A stretch of 64,000 nucleotides of DNA from positions 128,001 to 192,000 of the forward strand of contig CP000070.1 of NCBI GenBank assembly GCA_000002445.1. Direction: 5' to 3'. Numbering within the stretch: position 1 is the stretch's first letter; every line of letters starts with the position of its first letter. Both the position numbers and the translations under genes were made by a program. This DNA is from Trypanosoma brucei (taxonomy: Eukaryota). Of this stretch, positions 63,360 through 64,000 are shown in pieces. The notes under the pieces were generated by a model. It saw only the letters and a program-made list of their open reading frames with translations, made no database searches and had not been told where the DNA came from.

Positions 63360-64000
63360 CTACTGCAAACCTACTTGAGACAAAACGTTCTGCGAGTACT
63401 CCGCAAGCACCTCGCGTGCCTTCACCGCACATCGTTGCACGCGTATGGCCTCAACCAAAAGACTCTGTTGCCCCTTAACCCACGCTCGCTGTTCCTCTAC
63501 AGATAAGGATGATGGTGCCTTCTGCAGAATTCTTTCAAATGGAGGAAGTTCCACTGTGACCTTTGTTTCCCCTGAAAGCTCATGGTCACTCACGGCAGTT
63601 GGCAGCTTATTCTCACCCTCACCTACTTGTGAGCTCTTGTCAGAGGGGATAGCAGAAGGAGCGAACATCGCCATAATGCGCCGCGATTCTGAACGCCAAG
63701 CCTCCTCATCATTTCCAGCATCTGTGGCGATTCCATACTCATTGGCGCATTCACAGTAGTGTTTGGTCAACGGAGACGGTGACGGTAGGTACTTACAGGT
63801 GCTGCAGTCCATCACATCGCCGTGTACGGGCGTACCAACTGTCGTTATATCTGCACTCACCAACGGACAGTGCAGAGCCGTTTTAAAGCGATGCTTGCCT
63901 CTGCTGTCCTTAGAAACGGTCTTGGTCTCTTCTCTTTTCAACTGCAGCTGGTAGACATTACCAAGGCAATCTCCCGCAAGATGCACAACAGACGACAAAT
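63360..64000 (-). CDS. Hypothetical protein; the 5' end probably lies beyond the right edge of the window
   Basis: The frame is open to the window edge. The M in the ORF track at 63998 is actually a TTG codon. Cys-containing segment ...CSTCKYLPSPSPLTKHYCECANEYG. Confidence 0.5.
   Translation of the reverse strand, partial: LSSVVHLAGDCLGNVYQLQLKREETKTVSKDSRGKHRFKTALHCPLVSADITTVGTPVHGDVMDCSTCKYLPSPSPLTKHYCECANEYGIATDAGNDEEAWRSESRRIMAMFAPSAIPSDKSSQVGEGENKLPTAVSDHELSGETKVTVELPPFERILQKAPSSLSVEEQRAWVKGQQSLLVEAIRVQRCAVKAREVLAEYSQNVLSQVGLQ

Overview
This window is almost certainly nuclear DNA from a kinetoplastid, most likely a Trypanosoma brucei-group trypanosome. Every convincing long ORF (22 genes) lies on the minus strand and they are densely packed. 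They are separated by low-complexity intergenic regions rich in (TA)n, (TG)n, (AAT)n, poly-A and poly-T microsatellites, with purine-rich tracts on the plus strand (polypyrimidine tracts on the minus strand) just upstream of each gene. That is the signature of a single unidirectional polycistronic transcription unit, not of a prokaryotic operon or island. No CRISPR array, rRNA or tRNA could be recognised by eye. The products I recognise are housekeeping or flagellar: HSP70.4, NOL10/ENP2, a Utp12-domain WD40 nucleolar protein, a JmjC protein, a FYVE finger protein, two membrane J-domain/DnaJ-X proteins, a BRCT-domain giant protein, DNAAF1/ODA7, an RluA-type pseudouridine synthase, a RING finger protein and the inner-arm dynein light chain p28. 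The most unusual feature is a 1516-aa Ser/Thr/Asp-rich protein whose C-terminal region is encoded by about 11 virtually identical 102-bp tandem repeats (56.45-57.59 kb). Other points worth a second look are an apparently frameshifted gene running off the left edge, a 3.2-kb ORF-free low-complexity gap (18.5-21.7 kb), and several ORF-track starts that are GTG/TTG rather than ATG and need correcting. I see no evidence of a prokaryote-style defence or mobile system.
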